DNA from: Candidatus Methanomethylophilaceae archaeon
Lineage (GTDB): Archaea > Thermoplasmatota > Thermoplasmata > Methanomassiliicoccales > Methanomethylophilaceae
Direction: 5' to 3'
Length of the DNA: 64,000 bases
NCBI GenBank assembly: GCA_050944155.1
Contig: JBMNQN010000005.1
Span: forward strand, 7,390-71,389
How positions within the stretch are numbered: the first letter of the stretch is position 1; each line of letters begins with the position of its first letter. This document shows, piece after piece, positions 9,996-19,661 of the stretch. Position numbers and translations under genes: made by a program. The notes below the pieces were generated by a model that made no database searches, was not told the DNA's origin, and worked only from the letters and a program-made list of their open reading frames with translations.

Positions 9996-10143
9996 ACGGC
10001 CGTTATGTATGCGTCCGAAATAATAAACTTGCTCCCTCGCGCGCGTTGTTTGATTTCCACTAACTAAAAAAATAAGGAAACGTGCATTTTCGCGAAAGCT
10101 TTATATCGGCGGTCCCGATAGAGGGACATTCCCCGTGGTGACC

Positions 10144-10314
10144 ATGAAATACACCAGATTTGAAAAAGCAAGAATTATCGGTTCGAGAGCTCTGCAGATA
10201 GCGTTCGGTGCACCCGTGCTCATAGATTATCCTGCGGACATGATCGACCCCATCGACGTAGCTCTGATGGAATTCGAAAAAGACCTGGTCCCCATAACGG
10301 TGGTCAGGAACTGA
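10144..10314 (+). CDS. rpoK: DNA-directed RNA polymerase subunit K (Rpo6)
   Basis: 56-aa ORF that is not in the track because it is under 60 aa: [56 protein letters not shown]. This matches the RpoK/RPB6 core and sits in the usual position upstream of uS2. Confidence 0.85.
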   Translation: MKYTRFEKARIIGSRALQIAFGAPVLIDYPADMIDPIDVALMEFEKDLVPITVVRN

Positions 10315-10326
10315 GAGGCAATTCAC

Positions 10327-10947
10327 ATGAGCGAAGACAGTGTCGAAATCCAAACAGAACTCCTGGTGCCCGAGGACATATACCTCACATCCGGAGTCCA
10401 CATAGGAACGCAGCAGAAAAGCGCCGACATGAAAGATTTTATTTTCAAAGTCAGATCCGACGGCCTGTACGTTCTCAACGTCCAGAAAACCGACGACAGG
10501 GTCAGGGTTGCGGCGGCCATGCTTGCCCGTTTCGATCCCAAGAAAATACTCGTCGTGTCCGCGAGACAGTACGGACAGAGGCCTGCCAGGGAATTTTCCA
10601 AAGCGATAGGCGCTCCCGCGTTCGCCGGACGTTTCGTTCCCGGTACTCTTACCAACCCGGTAAGTCCCGCGTACATCGAGCCCGACGTCATTCTTGTGAC
10701 CGACCCCGCGGCGGACAAACAGGCGCTCAACGAAGCGATTAACCTGGGCATACCCGTCATCGCAATGTGCGACGCGAACAACGAGACCCGCAACGTCGAT
10801 CTGATCATACCCACCAACAACAAGGGAAGGCGCGCTCTCGCCTGCATATACTGGGTCCTTGCCAGGCAGGTACTCGTCGAGCGCGGAGATCTCAAAGACC
10901 CCGCGGACTTCAAGCTGGAAATCGAAGACTTCGAAGCCAAGCTCTGA
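10327..10947 (+). CDS. rps2: 30S ribosomal protein uS2
   Basis: 206 aa with archaeal S2 blocks ([38 protein letters not shown]). Confidence 0.95.
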   Translation: MSEDSVEIQTELLVPEDIYLTSGVHIGTQQKSADMKDFIFKVRSDGLYVLNVQKTDDRVRVAAAMLARFDPKKILVVSARQYGQRPAREFSKAIGAPAFAGRFVPGTLTNPVSPAYIEPDVILVTDPAADKQALNEAINLGIPVIAMCDANNETRNVDLIIPTNNKGRRALACIYWVLARQVLVERGDLKDPADFKLEIEDFEAKL

Positions 10948-10986
10948 AGCGAAACTCTTTCCCTTTCAACCCCCTTACCTTTTTTC

Positions 10987-11802
10987 ATGAGGTATCCGGC
11001 AGTAGCGGGCAGATTCTATCCTTCGGGCAGAGAGGAACTTATCGAAAGCATAGAGGAATGTTTCCGCCACAGGCTGGGTCCCGGCATGCCCGGTCCGGAA
11101 GGAAACACAAGAAAAATCGTTGCAGCGGTGTCCCCCCACGCCGGATACATGGCGTCGGGAATGAACGCTGCGCACCTTTACAAAAAAATCAAAGAGGACG
11201 GTCTGCCTGAGTTTTACGTCATAATCGGTCCGGACCATCACGGGGTTCCGTACGATGCCGTGATGTGTTCGGACGAATACCTGACTCCGCTGGGTCCGTG
11301 CAAAATAGAAAAAGACGTGGCGTCGGAACTTGCGGAATACATTCCCGACAGTCCCCGCGCCCACATGCTGGAACATTCAGTGGAGGTGCAGGTGCCGTTC
11401 ATACAGTACATCGATCCCGACCCGCACATCATCCCTGTCATACTTTCCCGTCAGGATTCCCGTACCGCCGGCGTTCTTGCCGATATACTGTCCCGGGTAT
11501 GCGCGGGAAGGGACTGCATAATCATCGCTTCCAGCGACCTTTCCCATTACATACCCAAGGGAAGAGCAGCATCCGAAGGTTCTTTGGTTCTGGAAAAAAT
11601 CAAAGCCCTGGATGCCGAGGGGGTTATCGAAACGGTAAGGAAAAACGGAATATCCGCCTGCGGCTACGGCCCCATATCCGCTGCAATCAGAGCTTCCGCT
11701 CCGTCCGAAGCGGAATTGCTGAAATATTCCGATTCCCACGATGCTCTCGGCGGAAGTTCCAACGAGGTTGTGGGATACGCGTCGGTCGCGATGTACCGCT
11801 GA
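10987..11802 (+). CDS. MEMO1 / AmmeMemoRadiSam system protein B family
   Basis: 271 aa with the N-terminal signature MRYPAVAGRFYP and SPHAGYMASG...IGPDHHG. Confidence 0.8.
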   Translation: MRYPAVAGRFYPSGREELIESIEECFRHRLGPGMPGPEGNTRKIVAAVSPHAGYMASGMNAAHLYKKIKEDGLPEFYVIIGPDHHGVPYDAVMCSDEYLTPLGPCKIEKDVASELAEYIPDSPRAHMLEHSVEVQVPFIQYIDPDPHIIPVILSRQDSRTAGVLADILSRVCAGRDCIIIASSDLSHYIPKGRAASEGSLVLEKIKALDAEGVIETVRKNGISACGYGPISAAIRASAPSEAELLKYSDSHDALGGSSNEVVGYASVAMYR

Positions 11803-12705
11803 TCAGTCTATGCGTTTCAGTCTCTTGAGATCCGGCTCGTAAATCGCTCCGTTGTCCATCAGCGCATCCGATATCTCTTCCAGTTCGGCGGCGGTGATGC
11901 CTTCGGCCTCAGCGTGTTTTTCGACTTCTTCCCTCAGAGCCCCTTTGCCGTCCATGTCCAATTCGCTGATCAGACGCAGAATCGTATCTTCCATATCCCT
12001 GCGCTCTGCCGCGGACTGCACAGGATCCAAATCGATTTCGTCCGGGGAGTCGTCAATGTCTTCGGGGAATCCGAAGTCGATTTCGCTGTCGGGCAGAAGC
12101 ATTCTCAGGGCGTTCTGAATCGTTTTCATATAGGGCCCCGAATCGGGCATTCCGTAGTTGTTGAGGGCGGAATCGATTCCTTCGGCTTCTTCGGGAGAAA
12201 ATCCCGCGGCAATCAGTTCTTTCGAAGAAGTGCTGTTCACCGCAACGGCTTTTTTCATTTTGACGAGTCTTTCCCAAAGGGATTTCGCGGAACTGAGAAT
12301 CCAGCGGTTTCTCGTTTCCTCGTCCACCTGAACAATCGTTTCCGGTCTGATCGAAACAAAGACGCGGCCGTCGTCCGACGTATACGTGCGAACTTTTCCC
12401 ACCACGGCGACGAAAGCCGGAACGTCTATATCGGCGATGGATGCCGCCGCTTCGGGTTGGAATTTCCCGACGTTTATGAAGAAATTACCGGAAACGTCCT
12501 GGATGCGGCCTCTCCACAGGGGCTCGTCTTCGCTTCCTATGTTTTCCTTTTCGGTGAGGACTCCCGCCACAAGAACGCGGTTCACCATCGCGCCCAGTCT
12601 CGTAATCAGATACGAAGGCGATTTTTCCTCGTCTCCCCTGACGGTGACGGAAGAACTGTTCAGCTCTCCCGCAAACATTCTCCATGCGGTTTCGCGGGCT
12701 ATCAT
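11803..12705 (-). CDS. RPA-associated OB-fold protein (COG3390-like)
   Basis: 300 aa with an OB-fold-like N-terminal half (VNRVLVAGVLTEKE...FVAVVGKVRTY) and an acidic C-terminus. Its start overlaps the rpa stop by 4 nt, an operon arrangement known for rpa/rpap pairs. Confidence 0.6.
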   Translation of the reverse strand: MIARETAWRMFAGELNSSSVTVRGDEEKSPSYLITRLGAMVNRVLVAGVLTEKENIGSEDEPLWRGRIQDVSGNFFINVGKFQPEAAASIADIDVPAFVAVVGKVRTYTSDDGRVFVSIRPETIVQVDEETRNRWILSSAKSLWERLVKMKKAVAVNSTSSKELIAAGFSPEEAEGIDSALNNYGMPDSGPYMKTIQNALRMLLPDSEIDFGFPEDIDDSPDEIDLDPVQSAAERRDMEDTILRLISELDMDGKGALREEVEKHAEAEGITAAELEEISDALMDNGAIYEPDLKRLKRID

Positions 12706-14027
12706 AGGGCTGCCTCCACTTTCTTCAGAAGCTCTTCCGCTTCCGATACTATGTCCTCTTTAACGATCTCTCCGTCGCGCACGATCATCATGGGTCCGTA
12801 CTCGTCGCACATGACGTTTCCCGTCAGAGACATCTTTTTGATTATTACGGTCTTCGCAAGTTCGCGGCCGACGGAATCCATGTTCCCTTTGGCCTTTGCC
12901 AGACCCTCCGCCATTCCCAGCGTGATTCCGGTGAGTTTTTCAGTCAGATCCCGGTTGATTATCGCATTGAGAGCTCCGGTGCCGTCGTCGACGGTCAGTT
13001 TCAGTCTGAGGTCCAGTACGGAATCCACGCTTCCGTGCATCTGGCACTCTCCGTTCATAATCGAACGTTTGCACTCGGGACAGCGTTCGATGAGTCCGCT
13101 CCCGCGCCTGACGTCCATAACCGTTCCGACTATGTTTATGTCCAGTCCGCCGCCGTTTTTGACTATGTCCCCTATTTCCCTGGTTGCTGCGGTCTTTCCG
13201 ACGGAGGCTCCGAACGTGTCGTCCACCCTGCTGACTTCGCAGCGGTCTCCCATGTTAAGCTGGGGAATGCCTTTCCAGCTGCGGATGTATGCGTTCTTAA
13301 TGCACACGGTCTCGCCTTCTTTCAGCTGAAAATCGTTCCATGCGGAATACTGTATTTTTCCTGTGTCGTCGGCTATTATTCCGGAATACACCGTTTTCGG
13401 TTCGTTTTTCACGATGATGTTTCTTTCTTCCGCGGAAAGGATTTTTCCGGTGACCGTAACGTTGCCCATTCCTCCGGTTATGTTTCCGATTTTAATTTCG
13501 GAAGCTTCCATGGAGATGACCCTGTCGGGAACGTCTACGCGCATTCCTTCGGCGGGTTCGACGCGTCCGCGGGAACCCATGTTGATCTGTATTTTATCGT
13601 TCCAGAGTTTTATGTAGGCGCTTCTGAACCAGTAGACGTCGCCTTTGTTTATCTCTGTGCTCTCGCCCTCCCATACGGTGAAGGACGCGGTGCCGGTTTC
13701 GTCGCCCACGATTCCGGAGATGATCGTCTTGGGATTTCCTCTGACGGTGATTTCTTTCTTTTCGGCGTAAACGGCTTTGAGAAGCAGGTCCACGCTCTGC
13801 TCCGTTCCGTTGAGTTCGCTTATCTTCTTGGTGACTGCGGTGCTTTGAAAAGGATTCTGTTCCAGGGCTCCGAATTTACGGAGGATTCCTCTTTTCGCGG
13901 CATCCGGAGACACGTGGAATTCATTGACGTACTTTTTGAGTTCGCTCATTATCTGTTCGTCGTCGACTTTGTCTTTAAGCACCCTTTTCAGTTCTTCAAA
14001 ATGGGGTGTCAGCTCTTCTTCGTTCAT
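12702..14027 (-). CDS. rpa: replication protein A (ssDNA-binding, multiple OB folds + Zn finger)
   Basis: 441 aa with three repeated OB-fold-like units (...GIVGDETGTASFTVWEG..., ...GIIADDTGKIQYSAWND..., ...) and CPECKRSIMNGECQMHG. SD GGAGGT lies 8 nt before the ATG. Confidence 0.85.
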   Translation of the reverse strand: MNEEELTPHFEELKRVLKDKVDDEQIMSELKKYVNEFHVSPDAAKRGILRKFGALEQNPFQSTAVTKKISELNGTEQSVDLLLKAVYAEKKEITVRGNPKTIISGIVGDETGTASFTVWEGESTEINKGDVYWFRSAYIKLWNDKIQINMGSRGRVEPAEGMRVDVPDRVISMEASEIKIGNITGGMGNVTVTGKILSAEERNIIVKNEPKTVYSGIIADDTGKIQYSAWNDFQLKEGETVCIKNAYIRSWKGIPQLNMGDRCEVSRVDDTFGASVGKTAATREIGDIVKNGGGLDINIVGTVMDVRRGSGLIERCPECKRSIMNGECQMHGSVDSVLDLRLKLTVDDGTGALNAIINRDLTEKLTGITLGMAEGLAKAKGNMDSVGRELAKTVIIKKMSLTGNVMCDEYGPMMIVRDGEIVKEDIVSEAEELLKKVEAAL

Positions 14028-14090
14028 TTTATCGACCTCCGCCCAAGCGGTACGACTCCAAGGTTCTTAATGGTATAAAACCTAAACCTA

Positions 14091-14218
14091 GGGGTCGCCG
14101 AACGGGCCGAAAGTGGTACGGTTCCGCAATTTCCCGCATTCTTTTCCGATATGCGGAACATCGGCCGAATCCGTTCCCCGGGGAGACGTACCGCCGACCG
14201 CAGGGTTCCGGCAGTCCC
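14091..14218. ncRNA. candidate structured RNA element or structured 5' leader (unclassified)
   Basis: Lies in the 223-nt gap between the divergent rpa and purP genes. Nested complementarity: GTTCCGCA 14121-28 / TGCGGAAC 14152-59; GGCCGA 14105-10 / TCGGCC 14161-66; GAACGG 14100-05 / CCGTTC 14171-76; GGGG 14091-94 / TCCC 14215-18 (with one G-U pair). No family recognised. Confidence 0.25.
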
Positions 14219-14250
14219 AACGTTTAAATCCACGATATCTATAATCGAAT

Positions 14251-15324
14251 ATGGTTCCTAAGAAGAAGATCGATGAAATTCTCGACGGTTACGATCCTTC
14301 TGACATCACTATAGCGACTCTGTGTTCCCACTCGTCGCTGCAGGTTTTTCACGGAGCCCGCAAGATGGGTTTTAAGACTCTGGGTCTTACGGTTTCCCAC
14401 GATACCAGATATTACGACGCGTTTCCGCTGGCAAAACCCGACAAGATAATCAAATACTCCGATTTCGACGAAATGGAAGAACGCATCGGCGAACTTCACG
14501 ACCTGAACACCGTAATCATACCCCACGGTTCCTTCGTCGAATACATGGGAACGCGCAGATTCGAAGACTTCGCCGTGCCCTCGTACGGAAACAGGGCGGT
14601 TCTCTTCTGGGAATCCGACAGATCCAAGCAGAGGGAATGGATTACTTCGGCGGGAGTTCCCATGCCCCGTCTCATATCCGACGCAAGGGAAATCCGCGAA
14701 CCGGTCATGGTGAAATACCACGGAGCCAAAGGCGGACGCGGATTCTTCATCGCGAAAGATTACCCGGACTTCAAGATGTCCATAGACAATACCCAGCCCT
14801 ATACGGTGCAGGAATACTGTCTGGGTACCCGTTATTACATTCACTACTTCTACGACCGTTTCAAACACGACGGATATCTGTGCGACAACGGCGGATCCCT
14901 GGAACTGCTGTCCATGGACCGCAGGGACGAGAGCAACATAGATGAGATGTATAAACTCGGTTCCCTCGAAGATTCGAAGAGGCACGGACTGTATCCGTCC
15001 TTCGTCGTTACGGGAAACACCCCCGTGGTTCTCCGCGAGTCCCTTCTTCCCAAAGCATTCGAAATGGGACAGAAGGTCGTCGACCGTGCGTTCGAAATGT
15101 TCGGCGGAATATGGGGGCCGTTCTGTCTCGAGACGGTCGTAAGCGATAAACTTCAGTTCAAGGTGTTCGAAATCTCCGCGCGCATAGTGGCGGGAACGAA
15201 CCCGTTTATTTCCGGTTCTCCGTACGCGGACCTGGTATATCCGGGTCTGAGCACCGGCGGGCGCATGGCTCTGGATATCAAAAACGCAGCCGAAAACGGA
15301 AGGCTGAAGGAAATTCTGACCTGA
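14251..15324 (+). CDS. purP: 5-formaminoimidazole-4-carboxamide ribonucleotide (FAICAR) synthetase, ATP-grasp
   Basis: 357 aa with a PurP-typical N-terminus (ITIATLCSHSSLQVFHGARKMGF). TATA-like TTTAAAT 14223-14229 lies about 20 nt before the ATG, so the transcript is likely leaderless. Confidence 0.85.
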   Translation: MVPKKKIDEILDGYDPSDITIATLCSHSSLQVFHGARKMGFKTLGLTVSHDTRYYDAFPLAKPDKIIKYSDFDEMEERIGELHDLNTVIIPHGSFVEYMGTRRFEDFAVPSYGNRAVLFWESDRSKQREWITSAGVPMPRLISDAREIREPVMVKYHGAKGGRGFFIAKDYPDFKMSIDNTQPYTVQEYCLGTRYYIHYFYDRFKHDGYLCDNGGSLELLSMDRRDESNIDEMYKLGSLEDSKRHGLYPSFVVTGNTPVVLRESLLPKAFEMGQKVVDRAFEMFGGIWGPFCLETVVSDKLQFKVFEISARIVAGTNPFISGSPYADLVYPGLSTGGRMALDIKNAAENGRLKEILT

Positions 15325-15355
15325 GTCAGCCATTATATAGATATAGTTCTCTGAC

Positions 15356-16531
15356 ATGGCGACTCGGGGCGCAAAAATGGTATCAAGAAGGGTTCAGGAT
15401 ATACTCGCATCGCAAACCGTTGCCATTTCAAATAAAGTAAGCAGACTCAAGGCCGAAGGACAGGACATAATTTCGTTCTCCATGGGCGAACCGGATTTCA
15501 ACACTCCTCAGAATATCGTCCAATCCTGTATCGATTCCCTTAACAGCGGATTCACCCATTACACGCCGTCTCCGGGCATTCCCGAACTGAGAACCGCGGT
15601 GGCCGAAATCGCCTGCAGGGAAAACGGAATCGGATGCAAACCCGGCAACGTTCTCGTCACTCCGACCAAACACGCGATTTTCATGGCATGTCTGGCATAT
15701 CTCGATCCCGGGGACGAAGTCATACTTCCCGACCCCGCCTGGGCATCCTACGAAGCGTGCATCCGTCTCGCGTGCGCCAAACCCGTATTCGTTCCCACCG
15801 AGTTCGAAAACGATTTCGTCATAGACCCGGCACTTATAGAGGCGGCAATCACCCCGAAAACCAAAATGATGATAATCAACACCCCGTCGAACCCCACCGG
15901 GTGCGTCATTCCCGAAAAAGTTCTCAGGGAGATTGCCAAGATAGCCATAGAACACGACATCATGATTCTCTCCGACGAGATTTACGAGAAAGTCATCTAC
16001 GAAGGAAAGCACGTTTCCATGGCGTCGTTCCCCGGAATGTTCGGGAGAACCATAACCGTATCCGGATTTTCCAAAACCTATGCGATGACCGGATGGAGAG
16101 TCGGATGGGCCATAGCCGACGAGGAACACATAATCAACATCAACAAACTCCAGTCCCATTCGATATCCTGCTGCGTGTCGTTCGCCCAGCAGGCAGCGGT
16201 GGAAGCCCTCGTAGGGCCCCAGGACGAACGCAAAAGATTCCTGAAAATTTTCAAACAGCGCAGGGATCTGGCTATCGATCTGATCGACGATATGAAGGGT
16301 TTGGACGTCAACGTTCCCCAGGGAGCGTTCTACCTGTTCCCCAAATACAGCGCGGACATCAAATCTTCGGTGCTGGCACATAAGCTTCTCGACAGCGCTC
16401 ACGTGGCGGTGACTCCAGGCTCGGCTTTCGGCCCCGCGGGAGAAGGGTTCTTCAGGATTTCGTATGCCACCAGCGAAGACCAAATACGCGAAGGTTTTGC
16501 CAGAATCAAGAAGTTCCTCGACGAGTACTGA
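15356..16531 (+). CDS. class I/II (aspartate-type) aminotransferase
   Basis: 391 aa, PLP fold type I, with SFSMGEPDF, NTPSNPTG and the SGFSKTYAMTGWRVG lysine motif. An alternative start is ATG 15377. Confidence 0.85.
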   Translation: MATRGAKMVSRRVQDILASQTVAISNKVSRLKAEGQDIISFSMGEPDFNTPQNIVQSCIDSLNSGFTHYTPSPGIPELRTAVAEIACRENGIGCKPGNVLVTPTKHAIFMACLAYLDPGDEVILPDPAWASYEACIRLACAKPVFVPTEFENDFVIDPALIEAAITPKTKMMIINTPSNPTGCVIPEKVLREIAKIAIEHDIMILSDEIYEKVIYEGKHVSMASFPGMFGRTITVSGFSKTYAMTGWRVGWAIADEEHIININKLQSHSISCCVSFAQQAAVEALVGPQDERKRFLKIFKQRRDLAIDLIDDMKGLDVNVPQGAFYLFPKYSADIKSSVLAHKLLDSAHVAVTPGSAFGPAGEGFFRISYATSEDQIREGFARIKKFLDEY

Positions 16532-16608
16532 GCGTCCGCCAAAATAAATATAGGTTAGTTTATAGGCGTTCACGCTCCGCGCGCACGTGCGGTATAGAGG
16601 GATTCCGT

Positions 16609-17676
16609 TTGATCAGAAAGTTGTTCACAGTAGGGCCTGTTAACGTGGAACCGGAAGTTCTGCAGGCCATGACCGCACCTATGATCACCCATAGGTCCAA
16701 AGAATACAAAAAATTGCACCAATCCGTTGTCGAAAAAATCAGGAAGGCGCTGGGAACTGATCAGGATGTTTTCCTTGCCGGCGGTTCCGCCACAGTCTTC
16801 ATCGAAGGTGCGATGAGAAACGGAATTTCGTCAAAATCTCTCGGAATAACCGGAGGTTCGTTTGGCGACAGGTCCATCGAGGCCGCCGAACTCAACGGAA
16901 AAACCGTCGAGAAAGTAATCGTTCCGCCGGGAAAGAACATCAGGCCCGAATGCATCGAAGGGAAAGTCGGAAAGGACATCGAAGCCGTTCACTGGGTCAG
17001 CAACGAATCTTCAACCGGAGTTTTCTGCGATTCCTGTGCGATAGCGGACGAAGTAAGGAAACAGAATCCCGACGCCCTCGTATTCATAGACGCCGTGACT
17101 TCCGCTTTCGCCATGGACCTTAATGTCGGAAAGCTGGAACCGGACGCGCTGGTTTTCGGAACCCAGAAGGCTCTGGCACTCCCTCCCGGACTGGCACTTA
17201 TGGTATGTTCGGAAAAGATGCTGAAAAAAGCGTCCGAGGTCAAAAACCGCGGATTTTACACCGATTTGTTGAAGATAAAGAAACAGAGCGACGTGGATTA
17301 CGCTCTCACGACCCCTCCCGTTTCGCTGATTTACGCGCTGGACTTCCAGCTCGACAGAATCCTTGCGGAGGGAATGCAGTCCAGGTACAGAAGGCACAAA
17401 GAGATGGCCGACCTGGTAAGGAAATGGTCGTCCAAACTCGACGGAGTGTTTCCGGAAGAGGGCGCCCGTTCCAACACTATAGGCGTTCTGAACCGGGGAG
17501 AACTGGATTTCGATAAATTCCACACGGCGCTGAAAGCCCGCGGATACGAAATATCCGGAGGCTACGGAGCAATCAAAGAAAAAACTTTCAGAATAGGACA
17601 CATGGGCGATCTGACTCCGGCGAGGGTCAAAGAACTCCTGTCCGTCATGGATGAAGTATTGGAGGAGATGGATTGA
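16609..17676 (+). CDS. class V aminotransferase (phosphoserine / serine-glyoxylate aminotransferase type)
   Basis: 355 aa with a TTG start. GPVNV...ITHRS, class V pattern. TGA/TTG overlap with the downstream serA suggests a role in serine synthesis. Confidence 0.7.
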   Translation: MIRKLFTVGPVNVEPEVLQAMTAPMITHRSKEYKKLHQSVVEKIRKALGTDQDVFLAGGSATVFIEGAMRNGISSKSLGITGGSFGDRSIEAAELNGKTVEKVIVPPGKNIRPECIEGKVGKDIEAVHWVSNESSTGVFCDSCAIADEVRKQNPDALVFIDAVTSAFAMDLNVGKLEPDALVFGTQKALALPPGLALMVCSEKMLKKASEVKNRGFYTDLLKIKKQSDVDYALTTPPVSLIYALDFQLDRILAEGMQSRYRRHKEMADLVRKWSSKLDGVFPEEGARSNTIGVLNRGELDFDKFHTALKARGYEISGGYGAIKEKTFRIGHMGDLTPARVKELLSVMDEVLEEMD

Positions 17677-19262
17677 AAGCTAAAATTCTGGTCTCGGACC
17701 CCCTTGCCGAAGAAGGTCTGCAGATTCTCAAAGACTCGGGATTCCCGGTGGATGTTAAAACCAAACTTACCGAAGACGAACTGTGCGGAATTATCGGAGA
17801 ATACGACTGTCTAATCGTAAGGTCCGGAACCAAAGTTACGAAAAAGGTAATCGAAGCCGGCAAAAATCTCAAAGTGGTCGGACGTGCCGGCGTGGGCGTA
17901 GACAACATAGACGTACCCGCGGCGACCGAGAAAGGAATTCTCGTTATGAACACTCCGTCCGCAAACATTCTTTCGGCTGCCGAACACACGGTTGCCATGC
18001 TGCTCTCTCTTGCCAGAAACATTCCTTTCGCCCACGCTTCCATGCACAAAGGCGAGTGGCAGAGAGGCAAATACACCGGAGTCGAAATGAACGGAAAAAC
18101 TCTGGGCGTCATAGGAGTCGGACGCGTGGGAGGCGAGGTCATCAAACGATTCAAGGGTTTCAACATGAAGATGATCGGATACGACCCGTTCCTGCCCAAA
18201 GAAGTCGCAGACAATCTGGGAGTCCGTCTGACTACCCTCGAAGAAGTTCTCAGGACCTCCGATTTCATGACCATTCACACTCCTCTGCTTCCCGACACGA
18301 AGAATATGATTTCGACGGAACAGTTCGAAATGATGAAACCCAACGCGAGGCTTGCCAACGTGGCCAGAGGAGGAATCGTGGACGAAGAGGCACTGTACCA
18401 GGCTCTGAAAAACAAAAGGATTGCCGGAGCCGCTTTCGACGTATGGTGCGAAGAGCCTCTCTGCGAATACGAAAAGAAACTTCTGGAACTGGATAACCTG
18501 GTGACCACTCCCCATCTGGGAGCCAGCACCGTGGAGGCGCAGGAAAGGGTTGCCACCGAGATTGCTGAATGCGTCGTCGCCTATCTCAAAGACGGGACCG
18601 TGGCAAACGCGATAAACGCTCCCCGCGGAAAACTGGATCCGGAAACCGAAGCTTACGCTCCCCTTGCGGAACGCATGGGAGTGCTGGCACAGAACCTTAA
18701 CGGCAGTGCGCCCATAGACGAATTGGAAATCACCTACTGCGGCGGACTTGCCGGAAAGCAGACCAAACTCCTCACCATTTATACGGTAATAGGAGCGCTC
18801 AAAAACATAATCGGTTCCGGACAGGCAAACCTCATCAACGCTCTGTCCATAGCCAAAGGAAAAGGAATCGCGATAAAAGAGTCCTCTACGGACGAAGCCA
18901 AGGAATACACGAACATAATCGAAGTCAAAACGGTTTCCGGCGGGAAATCCCGCGTAATTCGCGGTACCGTATTCGGAGGACAGCCGAGACTGGTCGGCAT
19001 CGACGAATACAGTTTCGAAGTTCCCATGTCCGGCGATATGATTTACGTACGCTACAAGGACACCCCCGGCGTAATCGGAAGCATAGGAACCGCGCTGGGC
19101 AACGCCGGAATCAACATCGCGCAGATGGCCGTGGGAAGACACGGAGACAGTGCTATGATGGTTCTGATTGTGGACCAGGACGTTTCCTCGGTAACCCTCG
19201 GAGACGTGGTCAGGGCTGCCGGCGCGGAAGATGCCAAATTCATAGATCTGGTTGAAAACTGA
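17673..19262 (+). CDS. serA: D-3-phosphoglycerate dehydrogenase (with C-terminal ASB/ACT domains)
   Basis: 529 aa with the NAD site GVIGVGRVGGEV, catalytic ...ARGGIVDE...TPHLGAST, and an ACT-like C-terminus. Confidence 0.9.
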   Translation: MKAKILVSDPLAEEGLQILKDSGFPVDVKTKLTEDELCGIIGEYDCLIVRSGTKVTKKVIEAGKNLKVVGRAGVGVDNIDVPAATEKGILVMNTPSANILSAAEHTVAMLLSLARNIPFAHASMHKGEWQRGKYTGVEMNGKTLGVIGVGRVGGEVIKRFKGFNMKMIGYDPFLPKEVADNLGVRLTTLEEVLRTSDFMTIHTPLLPDTKNMISTEQFEMMKPNARLANVARGGIVDEEALYQALKNKRIAGAAFDVWCEEPLCEYEKKLLELDNLVTTPHLGASTVEAQERVATEIAECVVAYLKDGTVANAINAPRGKLDPETEAYAPLAERMGVLAQNLNGSAPIDELEITYCGGLAGKQTKLLTIYTVIGALKNIIGSGQANLINALSIAKGKGIAIKESSTDEAKEYTNIIEVKTVSGGKSRVIRGTVFGGQPRLVGIDEYSFEVPMSGDMIYVRYKDTPGVIGSIGTALGNAGINIAQMAVGRHGDSAMMVLIVDQDVSSVTLGDVVRAAGAEDAKFIDLVEN

Positions 19263-19271
19263 GGAGAAAAA

Positions 19272-19661
19272 ATGAAGACGATAATCACCGTCGAAGAGCT
19301 TACCCAGGCGATAAGAAACGGAATTCAAGAGGCAAACTCCGAGATGGAAGAAGAGCAGGCCTACCAGCTGGTTCTTCACGTTCTCAATTTCTTCGGATAT
19401 TCGGACAGAATAATAGACAACATCCTCGAACCGGAAGACCGGGACGCGTTCTATATGCTCGAAGACGCGGGAATACTCACGACCGAGAGGGAAGAGACCA
19501 CCCTCTACGACGGAAGGGAGTGGAGAATACACTACTGGCTCTTCAGGAAAAACAGAATAGAGGAGCTCATATCCGAGACGGTGCCGAAAGAACCCGAAAA
19601 AGAAGAGGAGCAGTCTCTCTACGACGAGCTGCCCGATGACATATGGAAGAGAAGCGGCTGA
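19272..19661 (+). CDS. hypothetical acidic protein
   Basis: 129 aa with no recognised motif. Overlaps the xpd start by 19 nt. Codon usage is gene-like. Confidence 0.45.
   Translation: MKTIITVEELTQAIRNGIQEANSEMEEEQAYQLVLHVLNFFGYSDRIIDNILEPEDRDAFYMLEDAGILTTEREETTLYDGREWRIHYWLFRKNRIEELISETVPKEPEKEEEQSLYDELPDDIWKRSG

Noticed and set aside
14091-14218. Possible intron-containing tRNA, suggested by a D-arm-like CCG-AAAGTGGTA-CGG and a long anticodon-like hairpin.
   Set aside because: There is no acceptor-stem complementarity, no T-loop (GGCCGAATCC lacks the invariant TTC) and no proper 5-bp T stem. It is kept only as an unclassified structured element.
14085-14250. ZTP/purine-type riboswitch controlling purP.
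   Set aside because: The purP TATA-like box lies about 20 nt from the ATG, so the structured region is upstream of the likely purP transcription start. The conserved ZTP (pfl) motif nucleotides are not evident, and such riboswitches are not established in archaea.
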